DNA from: Neisseriales bacterium
GTDB taxonomy: Bacteria; Pseudomonadota; Gammaproteobacteria; Burkholderiales; Q3-R57-64
Reading direction: 5' to 3'
Assembly: GCA_016699915.1 (NCBI GenBank)
Contig: CP064990.1
Coordinates: forward strand, 732,125 to 796,124
DNA length: 64,000 nt
Within the stretch, counting starts at the first letter, position 1. Each line of letters opens with the position of its first letter. The translations under genes and the position numbers were made by a program. Shown one piece after another: positions 60,351 to 64,000 of this stretch. The notes below the pieces were generated by a model. It made no database searches. It was not told where the DNA came from and worked only from the letters and a program-made list of their open reading frames with translations.

Positions 60351-61038
60351 GGCGCTCACCTACTTTTTTATTGCTTTTTTCTGCTGGTAAATACGATGGC
60401 GACTCTTTGCTTATAGCAGATTCACCCCGATATACCCATACCTTCACTCCGATCACGCCGTAAGTGGTATGTGCTTCAGAGAAAGCATAATCTACATTTG
60501 CGCGCAGTGTATGCAAAGGAACACGACCCTCACGATACCATTCGCTTCTTGCAATATCCACACCATTAAGGCGACCGGAGCTCATAATTTTTATGCCTTG
60601 TGCACCTAAACGCATCGCATTTTGCATCGCCCGTTTCATGGCACGACGAAAGAGAATACGTTTTTCCAACTGAGTAGCGATATTTTCTGCAATCATCTGA
60701 GCATCCAGTTCCGGCCTACGTACCTCTTCAATGCTAACATGTACAGGTACACCTAAGCGACTCTGCAGTGCCTGCTTCAATATCTCAATATCTTCACCCT
60801 TTTTACCAATCACCATACCAGGCTTTGCGCTATAGACGGTCACACGAGCCGATTTTGCTGGCCTTTCGATCACAATACGTCCAACTGCTGCATTGGCCAA
60901 TTTCTTCTTCAAAAAGTTACGCACAGCAATATCTTGCCGCAGTTTCTCAGCAAAATTGCGACCACTTGCAAACCAGCGAGAAGACCAATTTTTGTTCATT
61001 ACTAAACGAAAACCGACCGGATTAACTTTTTGGCCCAT
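60334..61038 (-). CDS. rpsC: 30S ribosomal protein S3
   Basis: Start trimmed to [12 protein letters not shown]....W.S.WFA...; KH domain. Confidence 0.95.
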   Translation of the reverse strand: MGQKVNPVGFRLVMNKNWSSRWFASGRNFAEKLRQDIAVRNFLKKKLANAAVGRIVIERPAKSARVTVYSAKPGMVIGKKGEDIEILKQALQSRLGVPVHVSIEEVRRPELDAQMIAENIATQLEKRILFRRAMKRAMQNAMRLGAQGIKIMSSGRLNGVDIARSEWYREGRVPLHTLRANVDYAFSEAHTTYGVIGVKVWVYRGESAISKESPSYLPAEKSNKKVGERHVAAG

Positions 61039-61378
61039 GCATGATCCCCTCATCACCCACCGTTAGTGTGATATGGCATGTTTGTTTCTCAATACGATTG
61101 CCGCGTCCCTTAGCGCGCGCCATAAAACGCTTAAGGCTACGGCCTTTATTGATATAAATCGTTGTAATGCTTAATTTATCAATGTCAGCACTCTCATTAT
61201 GCTCCGCATTAGCTATTGCAGAGTCCAATACTTTCTTAATCAACTGAGCTGCCTTTTTTGGACTAAAAGCTAAAATGCTCAGTGCCTGACCAATCGCTTT
61301 ACCGCGAACCAAATCAGCCATCAGCCTACATTTTTGTGCAGACAAACGTACATTGTTAAGCTGTGCAGAAACTTTCAT
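61022..61378 (-). CDS. rplV: 50S ribosomal protein L22
   Basis: ...[18 protein letters not shown]....AL.IL.FSPKKAA....... Confidence 0.94.
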   Translation of the reverse strand: MKVSAQLNNVRLSAQKCRLMADLVRGKAIGQALSILAFSPKKAAQLIKKVLDSAIANAEHNESADIDKLSITTIYINKGRSLKRFMARAKGRGNRIEKQTCHITLTVGDEGIMHGPKS

Positions 61379-61381
61379 GCG

Positions 61382-61663
61382 TCACCCATTCTTCTTTGCT
61401 TTTTTGTCGCCCGTATGACCCTTAAAACTCCTCGTTAAAGCAAATTCGCCTAATTTATGCCCCACCATGCTCTCCGACACATAAATAGGAACATGGGCAC
61501 GCCCATTGTGTACCGCCACGGTTAAACCTACAAAATCCGGCAATACTGTCGAACGCCGAGACCACGTTTTGATGGGTCTCCTATCATTCGTCGCCCTTGC
61601 TGTGTCAATTTTTTTTAATAAGTGCAAGTCAACAAATGGACCTTTTTTTTGCGAGCGCGCCAT
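61382..61663 (-). CDS. rpsS: 30S ribosomal protein S19
   Basis: Start trimmed to [18 protein letters not shown]...[24 protein letters not shown]. Confidence 0.95.
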   Translation of the reverse strand: MARSQKKGPFVDLHLLKKIDTARATNDRRPIKTWSRRSTVLPDFVGLTVAVHNGRAHVPIYVSESMVGHKLGEFALTRSFKGHTGDKKAKKNG

Positions 61664-61672
61664 AGCTATCAA

Positions 61673-62506
61673 TTACCCCTTATCCAAATTCCGGCGACGA
61701 ATAATCATGTTATCAGTACGCTTATTACGACGTGTACGATATCCCTTTGTGGGTTGCCCCCACGGGCTCACTGGCACGCGCCCTGTTCCTGTTCGACCTT
61801 CCCCTCCACCGTGCGGGTGATCAATAGGATTCATCGCCACACCTCTGACAGTAGGCCTAATACCTAGCCAACGTTTCGCACCTGCTTTACCAATTTTGCG
61901 TAACCCATGTTCTTCATGCCCAACCTCACCAATCGTAGCACGACAATCAGCATGTACTTTGCGAATTTCTCCAGAACGAAGACGCAATTGCGCATAGATA
62001 CCTTCGCGCGCTAACAACATTACCGAAGCCCCCGCAGAACGCGCCAACTTAGCGCCTTGCCCTGGATTTAATTCAATACAATGAATTGTCGTACCCACTG
62101 GAATATTACGGATAGGTAACACATTACCAGGCTTGATTGGTACTTCCTCACCGGAAAATAAAGTAGCGCCTACCACAACTTGTCGGGGAGCGATAATATA
62201 TCTTTTCTCGCCATCTTCGTAACAGAGCAAGGCAATATGTGCCGTACGATTTGGATCATATTCAATGCGATCAACTCTTGCGGCTAATCCGTCTTTGTTG
62301 CGTCGAAAATCAATGATACGGTAGCGCTGTTTATGACCGCCTCCTTTGTGACGAGTGGTAATACGGCCATCATTATTGCGACCAGCACGGGAAACTTTCT
62401 TTTCAAGCAAGCACGCACAAGGCGAACCCTTGTATAGATCCGAGGATATTACCTTGATCAAACCGCGCCGCCCTGCTGATGTGGGCTTTGTCTTAACAAC
62501 TGCCAT
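61673..62506 (-). CDS. rplB: 50S ribosomal protein L2
   Basis: 277 aa, ...GRNN.GRIT.RH.GGGHKQ.YR.IDF.R...; C-terminal ..HPHGGGEGR.... Confidence 0.97.
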   Translation of the reverse strand: MAVVKTKPTSAGRRGLIKVISSDLYKGSPCACLLEKKVSRAGRNNDGRITTRHKGGGHKQRYRIIDFRRNKDGLAARVDRIEYDPNRTAHIALLCYEDGEKRYIIAPRQVVVGATLFSGEEVPIKPGNVLPIRNIPVGTTIHCIELNPGQGAKLARSAGASVMLLAREGIYAQLRLRSGEIRKVHADCRATIGEVGHEEHGLRKIGKAGAKRWLGIRPTVRGVAMNPIDHPHGGGEGRTGTGRVPVSPWGQPTKGYRTRRNKRTDNMIIRRRNLDKG

Positions 62507-62515
62507 GTACTTTCC

Positions 62516-62821
62516 TTAATTCGCCTTAACCGAACCCATTGCGTCAATAGTTTGGCCAGGCATCAAACTTATATAGGCCTTCTTCCAACTCTTGCGATAA
62601 CCAAAAACGCGCCCAAATCGCTTACGTTTCCCATCAATATTCACAACACTGACACACCGTACTTTGACATTAAACAATAGTTCAATGGCCGCCTTAATTT
62701 CTAATTTTGTTGCATCGGGCGCAACACGAAAAATAGACTGTTGATATTTATTAGTCACCAACGTACTTTTTTCAGAAATTACTGGCGCAAAAATTATTTG
62801 AATGAGACGTTCCTGCTTCAT
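62516..62821 (-). CDS. rplW: 50S ribosomal protein L23
   Basis: [20 protein letters not shown]...; ATGA overlap with the rplD stop. Confidence 0.93.
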   Translation of the reverse strand: MKQERLIQIIFAPVISEKSTLVTNKYQQSIFRVAPDATKLEIKAAIELLFNVKVRCVSVVNIDGKRKRFGRVFGYRKSWKKAYISLMPGQTIDAMGSVKAN

Positions 62822-63444
62822 GACCATTGCTTTTCAAAATATTGAACGGCATCTAGCGTAATAAAAACTCGCTTAAAACGTATCAAACTGTAAGGATCAG
62901 TATAGATCGCATCCATTACCAAGGCACTGCGCAAATTACGAGAAGAACGGTATAAATTCTCATCCATCTCTTTGGTAATACAAAGTATCTCTTTACTTCT
63001 ATCTAATTTATCCAATAACGCTACAAAATCTTTTGTTTTGGAAGATGCAACAACCAATTGATCGATGACCTGTAAACGCCCATCTTGAACTAATTTAGAT
63101 AAGATAGTTGCCATACCTGCCCGATAAACCTTCCGATTCACTTTTTGCGAAAAATTCTCCAACGAGCTACTAGGGAAAGCACGGCCACCACCCCTCCATA
63201 TCGGGGAAGAGGACATTCCAGCACGCGCACGACCAGTTCCTTTCTGACGCCATGGTTTACGTGTGCTATGCTTAACTTCAGCGCGTGTCAGCTGTGCAAG
63301 ATTTGCGAATCTGGCGTTAGCTAAAAAAGCAGTGATGAGTTGGTGAACCAAGGTAGCGTTATAAGGGCGCTTAAAAAGCGCATCAGAAACCTCGATAGGC
63401 TCAACTTTTTCACCCTGTTGGTTAATAACCGTCAACTCCATCAT
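62818..63444 (-). CDS. rplD: 50S ribosomal protein L4
   Basis: 208 aa, ...[15 protein letters not shown]...[10 protein letters not shown]...; ATGA overlap with the rplC stop. Confidence 0.95.
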   Translation of the reverse strand: MMELTVINQQGEKVEPIEVSDALFKRPYNATLVHQLITAFLANARFANLAQLTRAEVKHSTRKPWRQKGTGRARAGMSSSPIWRGGGRAFPSSSLENFSQKVNRKVYRAGMATILSKLVQDGRLQVIDQLVVASSKTKDFVALLDKLDRSKEILCITKEMDENLYRSSRNLRSALVMDAIYTDPYSLIRFKRVFITLDAVQYFEKQWS

Positions 63445-64000
63445 TTTGCCTCTTTAACGCTGGGACATATAATGACTTGGGAACCAGTAGACCCAGGCAC
63501 TGACCCTTTCAAAAATAACAATTGACGCTCTTGATCAATTTTCACAATTTTTAACCGTTGTACAGTACGCTGAACATTGCCTAATTGACCAGCCATACGT
63601 TTACCGGGGAAAACACGACCAGGATCTTGGTTTTGACCAATAGAGCCCGGTGAACGATGTGAAACCGAATTGCCATGTGATGCACGATTAGATGAAAAAT
63701 GATGACGTTTAATGACCCCAGAAAATCCTTTGCCTTTAGAAATCCCTGTTGCATCAACCCATTGATGCGCTTTGAACAAGTCAACGTTCATCACATCACC
63801 CAATTTAGCATCGGCAAGCATTTCACTCGGCACAAGAAATTCATGCAGAACGCGCGCCGCTTCAATACCTGCCTTGGCAAAATGTCCTGCACAAGAACGC
63901 GTCAACCGGTTCACCTTCCTTATACCATAAGCCATTTGGATAGCTGTATAACCATCGGGCTTTGTAGACTTAATTTGTGCAATGCGGTTTGTTGACATAT
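63441..64000 (-). CDS. rplC: 50S ribosomal protein L3, 3' portion (5' end outside the window)
   Basis: ...[16 protein letters not shown]......[26 protein letters not shown]....T...L.....D....L....G.VPG. The frame stays open to the window edge. Confidence 0.93.
   Translation of the reverse strand, partial: MSTNRIAQIKSTKPDGYTAIQMAYGIRKVNRLTRSCAGHFAKAGIEAARVLHEFLVPSEMLADAKLGDVMNVDLFKAHQWVDATGISKGKGFSGVIKRHHFSSNRASHGNSVSHRSPGSIGQNQDPGRVFPGKRMAGQLGNVQRTVQRLKIVKIDQERQLLFLKGSVPGSTGSQVIICPSVKEAK

Noticed and set aside
1-64000. A scan for CRISPR arrays, IS elements or transposases, integrases, toxin-antitoxin pairs, restriction-modification or other defence systems, and rRNA, tmRNA, RNase P or SRP RNA genes.
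   Set aside because: I saw no regularly spaced direct repeats, no transposase or integrase-like ORFs and no characteristic conserved RNA motifs. The only RNA gene I can support is tRNA-Asn.

Overview
This 64-kb window comes from a moderately AT-rich Gram-negative proteobacterial chromosome. The gene order looks beta/gamma-proteobacterial (secY-infA-rpmJ-rpsM, FmdB-aspS, divergent ppsR/ppsA, mltG-tmk-holB-tatD). I cannot name the organism. Nearly everything is core housekeeping. From left to right the genes are:
- rplM-rpsI, relA, an ABC-2 exporter pair plus murA, ubiA and tldD
- recG, ppsR/ppsA, a CDF transporter, xthA and an orphan nucleotide-sugar dehydrogenase
- mltG-tmk-holB-tatD, orn and pncC
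- ftsQAZ, tolR-tolA-tolB-pal, rluD/bamD, htpG (with a textbook sigma-32 promoter) and priA
- a CPBP protease, a peroxiredoxin, aspS, dapD, mlaFEDCB and mnmA
- a yqjD/E/K-like triad and tadA
- on the minus strand from 50.8 kb to the window end, the contiguous S10 (3' part)-spc-alpha ribosomal superoperon.

The only clearly non-core stretch is 8964-10830, between tldD and tRNA-Asn. It holds a terminator-bounded two-gene cassette encoding Sec-signal, alternating-cysteine mini-proteins; one would mature to about 20 aa ending SCGCGCGCTNK. I do not recognise either protein. Next to the cassette is the heavily eroded corpse of an FtsK/SpoIIIE-type DNA translocase gene.

Other oddities:
- an in-frame TAG cuts off the conserved C-terminal tail of mnmA
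- the tol-pal operon has no tolQ and sits back-to-back with an ftsQAZ block detached from the rest of the dcw cluster
- an orphan outer-membrane beta-barrel gene occupies the position where lpxC usually follows ftsZ
- three same-orientation DnaA-box 9-mers lie upstream of priA.

Together these suggest a rearranged and possibly decaying genome. I saw no CRISPR array, transposase, integrase, rRNA or recognisable defence system.
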